A stretch of 64,000 bases of DNA from Candidatus Kaiserbacteria bacterium (GCA_963699165.1 OY969413.1:596562-660561), one strand, 5' to 3'; counted from the first letter of the stretch, positions 48,329 to 58,955 are shown. The notes: a model not told the origin generated them from the sequence alone. Program-made: numbers and translations.

Positions 48329-50242
48329 ATGAACTCAGCACCAGCACCGGCTCCCGCACCTCGTTCCCCGGCTCCGGCCGCAGAACCGAGACCTTCTCAC
48401 GCGCGTCCTCCGCAAAAGCGCTTCGAGCGCGGCGGCAGACCCGCTTCCCGCGGCGGCGCTCGCCCCGGCGGAGCGTCAAGGAGAATACAACGCATCTTGC
48501 GACGCCCGACCTCTATGGGTACGCGCACAAACCGCACGGCCGACTATTACCCGGAACCGGCGGGTCCGACCACCGTCCGCATCATTCCGCTCGGCGGTCT
48601 CGAAGAAGTCGGCCGCAACATGATTGCGGTTGAAGTCGGCGCGACAGGCGATATTCTCGTCTTTGACGCGGGCTTTCAGTTCGTGTCCGAGGACTCCTCT
48701 CCGGGCGTCGATTATATTTTGCCGAATACGAAGTATTTGGAGAAAAATGCCGCGCGCGTGAAGGGCGTCATCATAACGCACGGCCACCTCGACCACATCG
48801 GCGGCATTCCGTTTCTCCTTCCCCGCTTCGGCACGCCGCCCATCTACACGCAGAATCTGACATCTATCATGATTCAGCGCCGGCAAGAGGAATATCCGGA
48901 TGTGCCGAAATCGGAAATGATTGTCGTCGAAACCGGGCAATCGATCACTATCGGCAGTACGCGCGTCAAATTTTTCCCGGTAACGCACTCGATTCCGGAT
49001 TCGATGGGCATTTCAATCGAGACGCCGCAGGGCAATGTCGTTATTTCCGGAGACCTCAAACTCGACCACGACAATGACATCCCGAGCGAGCGCGAACAGA
49101 AAACGTGGGGCGATCTCGAAAAAGACAATAATATCTTTCTCATCGCCGACTCGACGAACGCCGAGAAAGACGGTTTCTCGATTCCCGAAAAACGCGTCAT
49201 CCAAACGCTCGAAGACATCATTCGCACGGTTTCCGGCCGCCTCATCATCGGCACGTTCGCGTCGCAATTCGAAAGAATGATTCGCATCATTCAGACCGCG
49301 GAAAAACTCAATAAGAAAATCGTGACGGAAGGCCGCTCGATTAAAACTAACCTCGAAATAGCTGAGAAAACCGGCTTGCTTAAAATCGACAAGGGCACCA
49401 TCATCCCCGCGCAGGACATCGGGAATTATCCGCCGGACAAAATCGTCATCCTCTCGACCGGGGCGCAAGGCGAAGAGTTTGCCGCGCTTATGCGTATCGC
49501 GACCGGCCAGCATAAGAACATCACACTCACGGAGCGCGACACCATCGTGCTTTCTTCGTCGGTCATTCCGGGGAACGAAATTGCGGTGCAGAAATTGAAG
49601 GACAATCTCTATCGGCACAACGTATCGCTGATTCACTATCGTTCATCCGACGTGCACTCGACCGGCCACGGCAACACGGGCGAGCTCGTGTGGATTAATA
49701 AAAAAGTCCACCCGAAGTTCTTCATGCCGGGCTACGGCTACCGCTCGATGACCACCTGTCACGCAAAAGCGGTCGAACAATCGGGCTTCCCGCGCGAGAA
49801 CATTATCCTCGCCGATAACGGAACGGTTATCGACATCGAAGACGGTGTTCGCATGAACGTGCACAAGCAGAAAGTGCCGTCGGCGCAGATGATTGTGGAC
49901 GGATTCACTATCGGCGACATCCAAGAAGTGGTTATCCGCGACCGCCAGTCGCTCGCGAAGGACGGTATGTTCGTGATTATCGCGAGCGTGAACCTGAAGA
50001 CCGGCAAACTGCGCAAGTCGCCGGATATCATCAGCCGCGGATTTATTTATCTGCGCGAATCGCAGAACCTTTTGAACGAGGCGCGCGTGCTCATCAAGAA
50101 AACCATCGAGGACTCGACACACAATATGAATCCCGTCGACCTCGACTACGTGAAAAATAATCTGACCGACGTTATGGCCGGATTCCTCTTCGCGCGCACG
50201 AACAAGGCGCCGATGGTCATTCCGGTGCTCATCGGGATGTAA
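48329..50242 (+). CDS. rnj: ribonuclease J
   Basis: IPLGGLEEVGRN, THGHLDHIGG, HSIPD, HSTGHG; Pro/Arg-rich N-terminal extension. Confidence 0.95.
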   Translation: MNSAPAPAPAPRSPAPAAEPRPSHARPPQKRFERGGRPASRGGARPGGASRRIQRILRRPTSMGTRTNRTADYYPEPAGPTTVRIIPLGGLEEVGRNMIAVEVGATGDILVFDAGFQFVSEDSSPGVDYILPNTKYLEKNAARVKGVIITHGHLDHIGGIPFLLPRFGTPPIYTQNLTSIMIQRRQEEYPDVPKSEMIVVETGQSITIGSTRVKFFPVTHSIPDSMGISIETPQGNVVISGDLKLDHDNDIPSEREQKTWGDLEKDNNIFLIADSTNAEKDGFSIPEKRVIQTLEDIIRTVSGRLIIGTFASQFERMIRIIQTAEKLNKKIVTEGRSIKTNLEIAEKTGLLKIDKGTIIPAQDIGNYPPDKIVILSTGAQGEEFAALMRIATGQHKNITLTERDTIVLSSSVIPGNEIAVQKLKDNLYRHNVSLIHYRSSDVHSTGHGNTGELVWINKKVHPKFFMPGYGYRSMTTCHAKAVEQSGFPRENIILADNGTVIDIEDGVRMNVHKQKVPSAQMIVDGFTIGDIQEVVIRDRQSLAKDGMFVIIASVNLKTGKLRKSPDIISRGFIYLRESQNLLNEARVLIKKTIEDSTHNMNPVDLDYVKNNLTDVMAGFLFARTNKAPMVIPVLIGM

Positions 50243-50258
50243 ATCTTCCGGCAAGCAG

Positions 50259-50307
50259 GCACATGAAAAGTGCGGCTCGCCTTCGGCGAGCCGCACTTTT
50301 CATGTGC
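50259..50307. terminator. long hairpin terminator
   Basis: gcacatgaaaagtgcggctcgcc-ttc-ggcgagccgcacttttcatgtgc. Confidence 0.8.
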
Positions 50308-50321
50308 TATGCTCGTCAGCA

Positions 50322-51476
50322 ATGCCCTCGCGCGCAACCATCGTCGTCGGAAATTTCTTTTTCTCGGTTTGCGGAGCTCTCACACTCTATATTTTCCTCC
50401 CGTACCTCACGACATTTATGCCGGAAACGTACACCGGCCTCGCCATCGCGCTCGGCGGTTTGTTTGCGCTCATTCTCTTCCCTTCTCTTCCGCCGCTCGT
50501 TGCCCGCTACGGCGCGCAGCGGTTCTTTCTCGTATGCGCGGTTGCGGAAATGCTCGCGCTGTTCGCGCTTGCAACCATGCCCGGCGTCATCGCGAGCATC
50601 GTGTTCATCATCGTCACGATTTCATTGCAGTCCTTTCTATCGTATGCGCTCGATTTGCTTTTCGAGGCATCCCTGACGAAGCGCAGCACCGCCGGCGAAG
50701 GACGGGCCGCCTTTCTCACGATGGCAAATATCGGAACACTCGCGGCGCTGCTTCTCATAGGAAAACTTCTCGGGAATGCAAACGCCTACGGAAGCGCCTT
50801 TCTCGTCGCCGCCGCGGCTCTTGTGCCGGTTCTGGTGCTCTTTGCCGCACGAGAACTTCCGCGCGGGACGCCGCCGAAAATCTCGCACCTGCGGGATTCC
50901 CTGCTCGCGATTGCGCTTGACCGCGATTTTTCCGCCGTCACATTCGGCCACTTCGTTTTGTATTTGTTTTACATGTGGGTATCTCTTTATATTCCATTTT
51001 ATCTGCATTCGATTCTCGGATTGTCCTGGTCGGTTCTCGGTTGGTTGCTGGCGCTGATGCTCATCCCGCACATTCTGCTTGAATATCCGGCCGGGTGGAT
51101 TGCCGACCGGTTTCTCGGCGACAAGATGCTCATGTTCGCCGGATTCCTCGCCGCCGGCGCGGGACTTGCGGCGCTCAGTTTTCTTACGCCTGCGGCGTCG
51201 CCGCTGCTTATTCTCGGCATCTTGGTCATCGCGCGCGCCGGCACCGCGCTTATCGAAAGCATGACCGAGGCGCATTTCTTCCGCCGCGTTACCGATCAAG
51301 ATATCAACTCAATGAGCGTATTCCGAGGCATGTCGCCGCTTGCCTACATCGTCGCGCCGCTCGTTGGAAGCGTCATTTTAAGCTTTGGCGATTACCATAT
51401 CTTCTTTATAGTCACCGGCGCGTTCATCGCGATTGCGGGCGGCATCGCAACGCTTTTGGTACGGGACGTTCGTTAA
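50322..51476 (+). CDS. MFS transporter
   Basis: About 12 TM helices; GWIADRFLG loop motif. Confidence 0.85.
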   Translation: MPSRATIVVGNFFFSVCGALTLYIFLPYLTTFMPETYTGLAIALGGLFALILFPSLPPLVARYGAQRFFLVCAVAEMLALFALATMPGVIASIVFIIVTISLQSFLSYALDLLFEASLTKRSTAGEGRAAFLTMANIGTLAALLLIGKLLGNANAYGSAFLVAAAALVPVLVLFAARELPRGTPPKISHLRDSLLAIALDRDFSAVTFGHFVLYLFYMWVSLYIPFYLHSILGLSWSVLGWLLALMLIPHILLEYPAGWIADRFLGDKMLMFAGFLAAGAGLAALSFLTPAASPLLILGILVIARAGTALIESMTEAHFFRRVTDQDINSMSVFRGMSPLAYIVAPLVGSVILSFGDYHIFFIVTGAFIAIAGGIATLLVRDVR

Positions 51477-51482
51477 CTCGGA

Positions 51483-52292
51483 CTATTCCGCGAGCGAATA
51501 TCGACCGCGCGCCTTGCGCACAAGGCCTTCACTGAGCAGCGCATCGAGCGCGGCGACGGCCTGTGGCTGCCTCGAAATACCAAGCGCGTTTATGAGACGG
51601 GCGCGCGTAGCGTCTCCTTTTGCGAGCTCGCGCAAAATTGCGCCGCGCGCTTCCCGATTCGAGCCGGCAAATTTCGATTGCCGGGCGTACGTGTCGCTCT
51701 TTGCGTTATGCGAAATGCCGGAACGCTTCAAGTGCGCGCCATAGTCCATAAGCGCCCCGTACCACTCTCGCGCGCGGCCTTTCGGCAACACGTTCCGAAG
51801 AATCTCTTCAATCTGCGAATCCGAAACACTACCATATATGGTAGTGTTTTCGGCAAAGAAATGGTGGATGATTGCCGTGCGAATGTTGGTCTCGACGAAA
51901 ATCACATCTTCGTTGTATGCAAACGCGGCGATTGCGCGCGCAGTGTACGGACCGACGCCGGGCAGAGATTCCCACTCGGCAATCGTTCTGATTTTTCTTG
52001 CGACAATTTCATGCGCGGCCTCGCGGAGCATTTTCGCGCGGCGATTGTAGCCGAGGCCCTGCCAACTTTTTAAAACTTCGGACAGCGGCGCATCGGCGAG
52101 CTTTTGCGCCGTGCCGAATTTTTTTATGAACACATTGTAAAAAGGAATGACGCGGTCAACCTGCGTCTGTTGCAACATCACCTCCGAAACGAGAATCCGG
52201 TACGAATTTTTTGTCTTGCGCCACGGCAAGGTGTGCCGCCCATGCGCATGGTAATATTTCCACACTATTGATCTGAATTTGGCAGGAGACAT
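51483..52292 (-). CDS. mutY: MutY-like A/G-specific adenine glycosylase (short form)
   Basis: LPWR...ILVSEVMLQQTQV, WQGLGYNRRA, HhH LPGVGPYTA. Confidence 0.88.
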   Translation of the reverse strand: MSPAKFRSIVWKYYHAHGRHTLPWRKTKNSYRILVSEVMLQQTQVDRVIPFYNVFIKKFGTAQKLADAPLSEVLKSWQGLGYNRRAKMLREAAHEIVARKIRTIAEWESLPGVGPYTARAIAAFAYNEDVIFVETNIRTAIIHHFFAENTTIYGSVSDSQIEEILRNVLPKGRAREWYGALMDYGAHLKRSGISHNAKSDTYARQSKFAGSNREARGAILRELAKGDATRARLINALGISRQPQAVAALDALLSEGLVRKARGRYSLAE

Positions 52293-52379
52293 TACGCCGT
52301 ATCCTAGCCCAAATCGCGCAAAGAAAAAATGTTGACTAACCCCGACTGCCTTCAATCTTCGGAAAACTAACGTAAGGAG

Positions 52380-52880
52380 TTAATGTCCTTGATACGTGCT
52401 AATCAATTTCTCATCGGCTAAAACAAAATAGATATCAACATCATACGCGGTGGATTCTAACCATCGCTTAATTGCCGTCAATGCTACTTCCGCAGATTCC
52501 CTATGTGGCCAATTGTAAGCGCCAGTCCCGAGCGCGGGGAATGCAATACTTTTTGCCTTAAGCTCTCGCGCAAGTTCCAGAGAATTTACATAACAGGCCG
52601 CCAAAAGTTCTTCTCTCGGAACGGGATATGGTTTAAGAGTATAGAATCTGGGTGCGGTGGTATGGATGATATATCGTGCTTTTAGATTAAAACCGGAGGT
52701 ATGCACAGCTTCTCCCGTCGGACATTTACCGATTGCACGCTTGGCTAGCTCAATAGGAGTTCCAATTGTTTTACAAATTAGCCTATCAACGCCACCACCC
52801 GTTATCAACTCTTCATTTACAGGATTTACTATAATATCCGTTTCCATTTCCAGAATGCTCCCACAGACGGCTTTAATCAT
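52380..52880 (-). CDS. macro domain protein (ADP-ribose binding/hydrolase)
   Basis: DIIVNPVN...GGGVD, GEAVHT, SIAFPALGTGAY. Confidence 0.9.
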   Translation of the reverse strand: MIKAVCGSILEMETDIIVNPVNEELITGGGVDRLICKTIGTPIELAKRAIGKCPTGEAVHTSGFNLKARYIIHTTAPRFYTLKPYPVPREELLAACYVNSLELARELKAKSIAFPALGTGAYNWPHRESAEVALTAIKRWLESTAYDVDIYFVLADEKLISTYQGH

Positions 52881-52905
52881 TTTGAGAAACGGGGGACAGC
52901 CACCA

Positions 52906-53439
52906 TTATTTTCTTGATATAAAATCCCATTTATTTTCATAGTCCTCTACCGTGGGAGTTTGTACAAAGTACTGTTCACCCCTGAGACCCATTCTAAAAA
53001 TGCGTTGGTCGGTATTGTATTTTACTTTCTTCTTTTCTTTTTTCTTCTCATCAATCCAAAATTGATGCTCCTCTCGAATGTACTTTGCAACAATTTCACT
53101 AGGAACAACATAGAACTTGAAAAAACCAGTATCTTTAGAAATATTTACAAAGCAATAAAAGAGCGATTCGCTATAAATAGTTTCGTGCTTCTTACTCATC
53201 ATCCAGTCGCTTACAAACTTTCCGTGAATCTTAGAGACGGATGGCTCTTTCTTATCATTTTTGAAATTTGTCTTGACTTCGAGTTGCCATAGTTTGCCGT
53301 TATCCGGATCTAAAACAAGAATATCAACGCTTTTGGTATTGCCGAGCGTCAGGTTTGCATCGTACCCCCGCAGAGCTAATTGGGAAAGGACAGCAAACTC
53401 TCCCGCAATCGAAACTGAATTTGTATTAATGGATTTCAT
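52906..53439 (-). CDS. PD-(D/E)XK nuclease-family protein
   Basis: GEFAVLSQL...VDILV...QLEVKT. Confidence 0.7.
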   Translation of the reverse strand: MKSINTNSVSIAGEFAVLSQLALRGYDANLTLGNTKSVDILVLDPDNGKLWQLEVKTNFKNDKKEPSVSKIHGKFVSDWMMSKKHETIYSESLFYCFVNISKDTGFFKFYVVPSEIVAKYIREEHQFWIDEKKKEKKKVKYNTDQRIFRMGLRGEQYFVQTPTVEDYENKWDFISRK

Positions 53440-53462
53440 TTTGCTGACCGTCCGAGACGATG

Positions 53463-53954
53463 TTAATCACAATCAACAATCCCAATAAATTTGAAACCTC
53501 TGAGAAGTTTATCCGCACGTTCCTTTTCTTCAAGATCTCGTTTAATTTGTGCTGGCGATTTTTTCCTATTTCCGACCTCGGCCACTGAGTCGGGTGATGC
53601 TGTCCCCCAAAAGATTTTGTCTAACCTTTCTCCACTCTTTAAATCTAGAATTTCCCACACGATTTCATTTTCCCAACCTTCTTCAGATTCCACTCGATAT
53701 TTGTACCGCCGAGCAATGAGACAATCCTTGGTTCGTGTGTCGAACTTTAATCCGAAGCCCTCAATCTCAACATCAGTAAAATCCTCGGATAGAGATTCTT
53801 CTTTTTTCTTACGCCAAATTTCAAAGTCGCTACGTGCAGTGATTCTATAGAGTAATTCTATTTGAGTATTATTGAAAAGCGACCATTCTTTCCAAAAGAA
53901 CAAAATCAATACAGTCAGTAATAACACCAGGAGAATTATAATAAGTATTTCCAT
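53463..53954 (-). CDS. hypothetical membrane-anchored protein
   Basis: N-terminal TM; low GC. Confidence 0.6.
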   Translation of the reverse strand: MEILIIILLVLLLTVLILFFWKEWSLFNNTQIELLYRITARSDFEIWRKKKEESLSEDFTDVEIEGFGLKFDTRTKDCLIARRYKYRVESEEGWENEIVWEILDLKSGERLDKIFWGTASPDSVAEVGNRKKSPAQIKRDLEEKERADKLLRGFKFIGIVDCD

Positions 53955-54070
53955 GTCTCTAATTTTATCAGCAAAACAATTGGCAATAAAGGTCGTGACT
54001 CTAGCTCCTGAAGCACATCAACAAAGGAGGGGTGCCAGTCCCGGTTTTCAGAATTTTTTAGTTGGTAGTT

Positions 54071-54739
54071 CTATTTCGCTTTCGGCCAGCGCTTCGCCGC
54101 GGGCGGCCAGAGTTTCGTAAGCGGATGCTCCGCGCAATCGTGCGGACGCGCGGAACAGACATACCGCCCATACAATACGAGGCCGTTATTCACGTACTTC
54201 CAGTCTTTCTTGGGAATGAGTTCTTCCAGCTCTTTTGAAATTTTCGTAAGGTCGTCCGCATCGGCCAAATCAAATCGCTTGGCAAAACGCTTTACGTGCG
54301 TATCGGTCGCAATGCCTTCCCATACATCGAACAATTCCCCCAAAATGACATGTGCCGTTTTGTAGCCGATGCCGGGGAGCGCGACGAGCTCCGCTTCGGT
54401 GCGCGGCACAGCTCCGCTGTGCCGCGCTTCTATTTCCTTTGCCGCGCCGATAATCGCCTTCGCTTTGTTGCGGAAAAAAGTTACCGAGGAAATCTCTTTC
54501 GTGAATTGCGGCAATTTCGCTGCAGCAAAATCCTTCGGTGTTTTATATTTTTTGAAAAGCGCTGCCGTTAATTTGTTTACGGCCTTGTCCGTGCATTGCG
54601 CCGAAAGAATGACCGCAACCACAAACTGAAACGGCGTGTTGTATGCGAGCTCGCTTTTCGGTTTCGGGTACGCCTTTTTGAGATAGGCGACGATTTTCTT
54701 TGCGCGGGCCGCGCGTTCTTGTTCCTTTGCGGGCGTCAT
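54071..54739 (-). CDS. nth: endonuclease III
   Basis: VILSAQCTD, LPGIGYKTA, ATDTHV, GRYVCSAR. Confidence 0.93.
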   Translation of the reverse strand: MTPAKEQERAARAKKIVAYLKKAYPKPKSELAYNTPFQFVVAVILSAQCTDKAVNKLTAALFKKYKTPKDFAAAKLPQFTKEISSVTFFRNKAKAIIGAAKEIEARHSGAVPRTEAELVALPGIGYKTAHVILGELFDVWEGIATDTHVKRFAKRFDLADADDLTKISKELEELIPKKDWKYVNNGLVLYGRYVCSARPHDCAEHPLTKLWPPAAKRWPKAK

Positions 54740-55209
54740 GCGGCAAGCATTTTAAGGTCGGCAATGACTTCCGCGGCATGCGTTTCGGGCTTCACTTTTT
54801 TATACACTTTTGCGATAACGCCGGACGGATCGATGAGAAACGACGTTCTGGTTGTTCCCATGTACGTCTTCCCCAGAAATTTTTTCTCGCCGAAAACGCC
54901 ATACCGTCCCACAACCTCCTTAAACTCGTCCGAAAGAAGCGTGAACGGCAAGTCAAAGGTGTTTGCAAATTTTTTGTGGCTCGCAACGCTGTCCGTCGAT
55001 ACGCCGAGCACGACTGCGCCGATAGTATTAAAATCCTGAAACTGGTCCCGGAACGAACACGCCTCGATGGTGCATCCGGGCGTATCGTCTTTCGGATAGA
55101 AATACAGCAGTACCCACTTCCCCGCGTAGTCGACAAGCGAATGTGTCTTGCCGTCTTGATCTTTAAGCGAGAAGGCCGGCGCCTTCGTATGTTCCTTCGG
55201 CATTTCCAT
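54736..55209 (-). CDS. bcp: thioredoxin-dependent peroxiredoxin
   Basis: YFYPKDDTPGCTIEAC. Confidence 0.95.
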   Translation of the reverse strand: MEMPKEHTKAPAFSLKDQDGKTHSLVDYAGKWVLLYFYPKDDTPGCTIEACSFRDQFQDFNTIGAVVLGVSTDSVASHKKFANTFDLPFTLLSDEFKEVVGRYGVFGEKKFLGKTYMGTTRTSFLIDPSGVIAKVYKKVKPETHAAEVIADLKMLAA

Positions 55210-55217
55210 GCGCGACA

Positions 55218-56384
55218 CTATAACATTTCAGACGTGTATCCCTCGTGTGGAAATGCGAACGTAAAAAAGATCCGCGATAGCGCGCCGGCGGCAAATGTGG
55301 CGAGCAAAATAACGACAAGCAGCCCGACCACCGGGATAAAGGCAATGAGCGACAGCGCGAGCATGCCGAACGCGCCGTCGTGCCATACTATCGCCGTACG
55401 ATGCAAAAACCGCCGTGCAAACACTCCGCCGAGCAAAATGCCGGCATACATGAACGCGAGAAACGCGAGCAGCGCGTATAAAATGAAAAGCAGAATCGCA
55501 AGCCCGATGCCGACAAAGGTGAGTAGAAGTAAAATAATGAACACGGGCGAGGCAACCAACATCCCGAAACCGAGCAATGTCGTAAGCAGGATTCTGCCCG
55601 GTCGCTCGACCGCAGCATCAACCACCGATGCGGAAAAACGCGGGAAAAGTCCCGCAAGGAGTCCGGCGAGAATGAGCGCGCCGAGTATGCGCGCAAAAAT
55701 GAAAAATCCCAAACTCGCAACCGCAAGCACGCGCGAGGTTTGCACATCGGGCAGATACGAAGCGTTTTTATACGCCACGCCTCCAACAACTTTCGCGGAA
55801 CTCGAGATTTCCGCCGGCTCCGGCGCTTCATAGACAAGCTTGCCGCGTATAACCGTATTGTCCGCAATCCCAACGTGTCCGCTTGCGACAATGGTCACAT
55901 TGCCGGCGAAATCTCCGGACAGCGAAATATTATTTCCGTAAATCGTTACCGGTCCGTCGGCTCCGTTTGTCAGAGAGGTATTTGCGGCAACGATGAACAC
56001 GCTGCCATCGGTGCGCCCGCCATCGCGTACGGAAAGCCCGAACGCTACGAGATCGCCGCCGACCGCGTCGCCGACATCGACGGTGCCCGCAACCGCCCGC
56101 ATGTCGCCCGTGACTTGCGCCCGCGTATTCACCGAACCGGCGAAAAGAAGCGCGTCTCCCGAAACCGGCGCCGTCGTTATGATTGATCCGCCGACCGCGG
56201 AAAGGTCGCCCGCAACGGGAGCTGTTACGACAACCGAACCGCCGGTTGCATAGGCATTTCCCGAAGAAGAACTCGCAATCAAAAGCGAGCGCGCCGCGGA
56301 AAACGACGCCGGCTCGCTCGCGGCAAGCGCAATCGTCGGGAGAAGAAAAACGAGGGCAAGTGCGACGACCGGTGCGCGATTCAT
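55218..56384 (-). CDS. bactofilin-like beta-helix membrane protein
   Basis: Signal peptide, repeated V.GD...AG motifs, C-terminal multi-TM region. Confidence 0.7.
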   Translation of the reverse strand: MNRAPVVALALVFLLPTIALAASEPASFSAARSLLIASSSSGNAYATGGSVVVTAPVAGDLSAVGGSIITTAPVSGDALLFAGSVNTRAQVTGDMRAVAGTVDVGDAVGGDLVAFGLSVRDGGRTDGSVFIVAANTSLTNGADGPVTIYGNNISLSGDFAGNVTIVASGHVGIADNTVIRGKLVYEAPEPAEISSSAKVVGGVAYKNASYLPDVQTSRVLAVASLGFFIFARILGALILAGLLAGLFPRFSASVVDAAVERPGRILLTTLLGFGMLVASPVFIILLLLTFVGIGLAILLFILYALLAFLAFMYAGILLGGVFARRFLHRTAIVWHDGAFGMLALSLIAFIPVVGLLVVILLATFAAGALSRIFFTFAFPHEGYTSEML

Positions 56385-56393
56385 AGGACAGCG

Positions 56394-56882
56394 CTAAGTC
56401 GTGGGCGGCATCGACAGATGCAGCGGCTCCGCGGAAGATGCGGGACCGCGCGGCTTGCGGCGAAGCGGCTCAATGAGCGTCGCAAAAATAAATATCAGAA
56501 GCGTCGTGAATGTGGACGCGAGGCAATAAATACACAACGCTTTAATGACGAAAATCTGCAGCGACGTGAAATAAAGCGACGTAACGAGACCGATGAGCGA
56601 AAGGACCTGCAAAGCGCGGCGCAAACGGGAGTCGAGTGCAAGGATTTCGAGCGCGGCAATGATGAAAATGAGCCCGTAAAACAGCAAGCTGAGCTCGGCG
56701 ACGGGCACGTTGAAAATGCGAGAATACTGGCTGTTGGTCACGATATTGCAGCCCGAAAGGTTCTGAATATTGCACAAAAGCGGCGTGCTGTTGAGCTCGT
56801 TTTGCGTCAAATAGGTCGCATCGGCAAGGCCGCAGAAGGCAAGGATGAAAATCAGCACCGCGCCGAAACGTTTGAGGTTCAT
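56394..56882 (-). CDS. vitamin K epoxide reductase family protein
   Basis: C...C..V..SQYS; ALCIYC CxxC motif. Confidence 0.9.
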   Translation of the reverse strand: MNLKRFGAVLIFILAFCGLADATYLTQNELNSTPLLCNIQNLSGCNIVTNSQYSRIFNVPVAELSLLFYGLIFIIAALEILALDSRLRRALQVLSLIGLVTSLYFTSLQIFVIKALCIYCLASTFTTLLIFIFATLIEPLRRKPRGPASSAEPLHLSMPPTT

Positions 56883-56935
56883 ACCACACAAGAATACGCG
56901 CAGATGTCTTCATGTGCAAATGGTATACTTCCGCA

Positions 56936-57301
56936 ATGAAAAAATTGACTCCCGAGGAATATCATGTGCTCGTCGAGGGCGGCACGGAGGCGCCCTTCAC
57001 GGGAGCGTACGTCGACAATCACGAGGCTGGTATTTACCGATGCAAGCAGTGCGGGGCCGAACTGTTTGACTCAAAAACGAAGTTTGAATCCGGCACCGGA
57101 TGGCCGTCGTTCACCGACCCTGCCGTCGCGGAACATGTCGGCACGCGCACGGACAACACGCTCGGCATGAGCCGCACGGAAGTGTTCTGCAAAAATTGCG
57201 GCGGGCATCTTGGGCACGTTTTTGACGACGGCCCCGCCGACAAGGGCGGTAAACGCTACTGCATCAATTCCGTCTGCCTCGATTTTGAGAAAGCGCCGTA
57301 A
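56936..57301 (+). CDS. msrB: methionine-R-sulfoxide reductase
   Basis: GTEAPF, GTGWPSF, GHLGHVF.DGP, RYCINS. Confidence 0.96.
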   Translation: MKKLTPEEYHVLVEGGTEAPFTGAYVDNHEAGIYRCKQCGAELFDSKTKFESGTGWPSFTDPAVAEHVGTRTDNTLGMSRTEVFCKNCGGHLGHVFDDGPADKGGKRYCINSVCLDFEKAP

Positions 57302-57310
57302 TTAGACGCG

Positions 57311-57778
57311 TCACACCACGCGGCCGGGATGCTTCTCGGCGTAGCGTTGGTGGTATTCTTCGGCTTTCCAGAACGTCTGCGCCGGTTCGATGGACGTTGC
57401 AATCGTTTTCGGAAGATACTGCGGCGAAAGTTCTTCCTTTACCTTTTCGGCAATCTCCCTTTGCTCGGGCGAGTGATAGAAAATCGCCGAGCGGTACTGC
57501 TCCCCCACGTCAGGCCCCTGCCGATTCATTTGCGTCGGATCGTGCATCCCGAAAAATTTCCGCACCAGCGTTTCGTATGGGACTTTTGCGGAATCGAACA
57601 GTACCTCGACCGCTTCGGCGTGTCCGGTCGTTCCCGAACAAACCTGCTCATACGACGGATTTTCGAAATGCCCGCCCGTATAACCCGATGCGGCATCGAG
57701 AACACCCGGCACGGTCAAAAACTCCGCTTGGACGCCCCAAAAGCATCCCGCCGCAAATGTCGCTTTTTCGTTTTTCAT
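57311..57778 (-). CDS. msrA: methionine-S-sulfoxide reductase
   Basis: AGCFWG, GHAEAV, QYRSAIF, AEEYHQ. Confidence 0.96.
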   Translation of the reverse strand: MKNEKATFAAGCFWGVQAEFLTVPGVLDAASGYTGGHFENPSYEQVCSGTTGHAEAVEVLFDSAKVPYETLVRKFFGMHDPTQMNRQGPDVGEQYRSAIFYHSPEQREIAEKVKEELSPQYLPKTIATSIEPAQTFWKAEEYHQRYAEKHPGRVV

Positions 57779-57812
57779 GCGCCAATCATACTCGAAGTAA
57801 ATTAAAATCCTT

Positions 57813-58334
57813 TTAATTGCGCGCGGTTGCGGAATAGCGTCGGCGGTATTCGTGCGCGGTGAGCAAGAGCAAACAGAAGTCGAGTGTCGCAAGCACGTCA
57901 AGCAACAGCTCGGCGCGAATTTCGCCCAAAAACAGTTCATAGGAGCCGAACAGCGCGAGCGCAATCATGAACAGCGTATAAGCGTTGCGCCTTTTCTGAA
58001 AAATACCGCTCACGAGCACGACTTTGACCGCGCCGTGGAGCACGAGATACAGCGCGACGAAATAGTGCGTGTGCACGGCAAACGTGTGCGCGGCGGCGCG
58101 AATGTTCGTCGCGAAAAAATCATTCGGGTCCTCCGCAATTTCGCCGGACGTTACATATTCCGCAATCCGAAGCACCAACGACGACGGAATCACGAGAATA
58201 ACAAATGCCGCCAGCATTTCGAACACGCCGTTGATTATTTTCAATATGAGGGCTAAATCGAAGAGCCAGAGAACGTCTTTTTCGCGTTCCTGCTCATTTT
58301 CTATCCGCGCATGTTCCGGGGAAGGATGCACCAT
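57813..58334 (-). CDS. DUF2127-like membrane protein
   Basis: LKIINGVFE, YLVLHGAVK; 4 TM. Confidence 0.75.
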   Translation of the reverse strand: MVHPSPEHARIENEQEREKDVLWLFDLALILKIINGVFEMLAAFVILVIPSSLVLRIAEYVTSGEIAEDPNDFFATNIRAAAHTFAVHTHYFVALYLVLHGAVKVVLVSGIFQKRRNAYTLFMIALALFGSYELFLGEIRAELLLDVLATLDFCLLLLTAHEYRRRYSATARN

Positions 58335-58347
58335 TCCCCGTAGCGTA

Positions 58348-58881
58348 TCACGCGGCGCGATTCTTCAACACCTCGAGTCCTTTTGCAAGCAATTCCTTCG
58401 TCGGCATATGAGTGAGATTGCCTTTCTCGTCGAAAAGTTCCGAGGCGGGGCCGAGATACAATTCCGGCTGGCCGACAAGGTTGGCGTCGAGGTGCGAAAG
58501 CACCTGCCGCAAATGGCTTTGCGCGACCGCGGTTCCGATTTTCCCGACGGATACGCCCAACACCAACACCGGCTTCCCCGCAAAAGAATTTTGACCGTAG
58601 GGGCGGCTCATCCAATCGATGGTGTTCTTCAATACGCCCGGGATGGAGCGGTTGTATTCCGGCGTCGCAATGACGACCGCATCGGCGGCGGCAATTTTAT
58701 CCTTTAGCGCTTGGGCGCTTGCGGGAAACGGCGACTCGGTGTCCTGATTATAAAACGGAATGCCCTGTATATCCTCAATGGTTATCCGGACTCCCGCGGG
58801 AGCTATCTTTTGCAGGGCGCGTAAAATCGCGGTATTAAACGAGTCCTTTCTCAAACTTCCCGAAATGGCGACGATATTCAT
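58348..58881 (-). CDS. NAD(P)H-dependent FMN reductase (ChrR-like)
   Basis: SGSLRKDSFN, TPEYNRSIPGVLKN.IDW. Confidence 0.93.
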   Translation of the reverse strand: MNIVAISGSLRKDSFNTAILRALQKIAPAGVRITIEDIQGIPFYNQDTESPFPASAQALKDKIAAADAVVIATPEYNRSIPGVLKNTIDWMSRPYGQNSFAGKPVLVLGVSVGKIGTAVAQSHLRQVLSHLDANLVGQPELYLGPASELFDEKGNLTHMPTKELLAKGLEVLKNRAA

Positions 58882-58955
58882 ATGGTGAATGCGTTATTTT
58901 ATACGGCTACACGGTAGAGCGTACCCTACGGTGCGTGGGGTTACCGTGTGGATAA

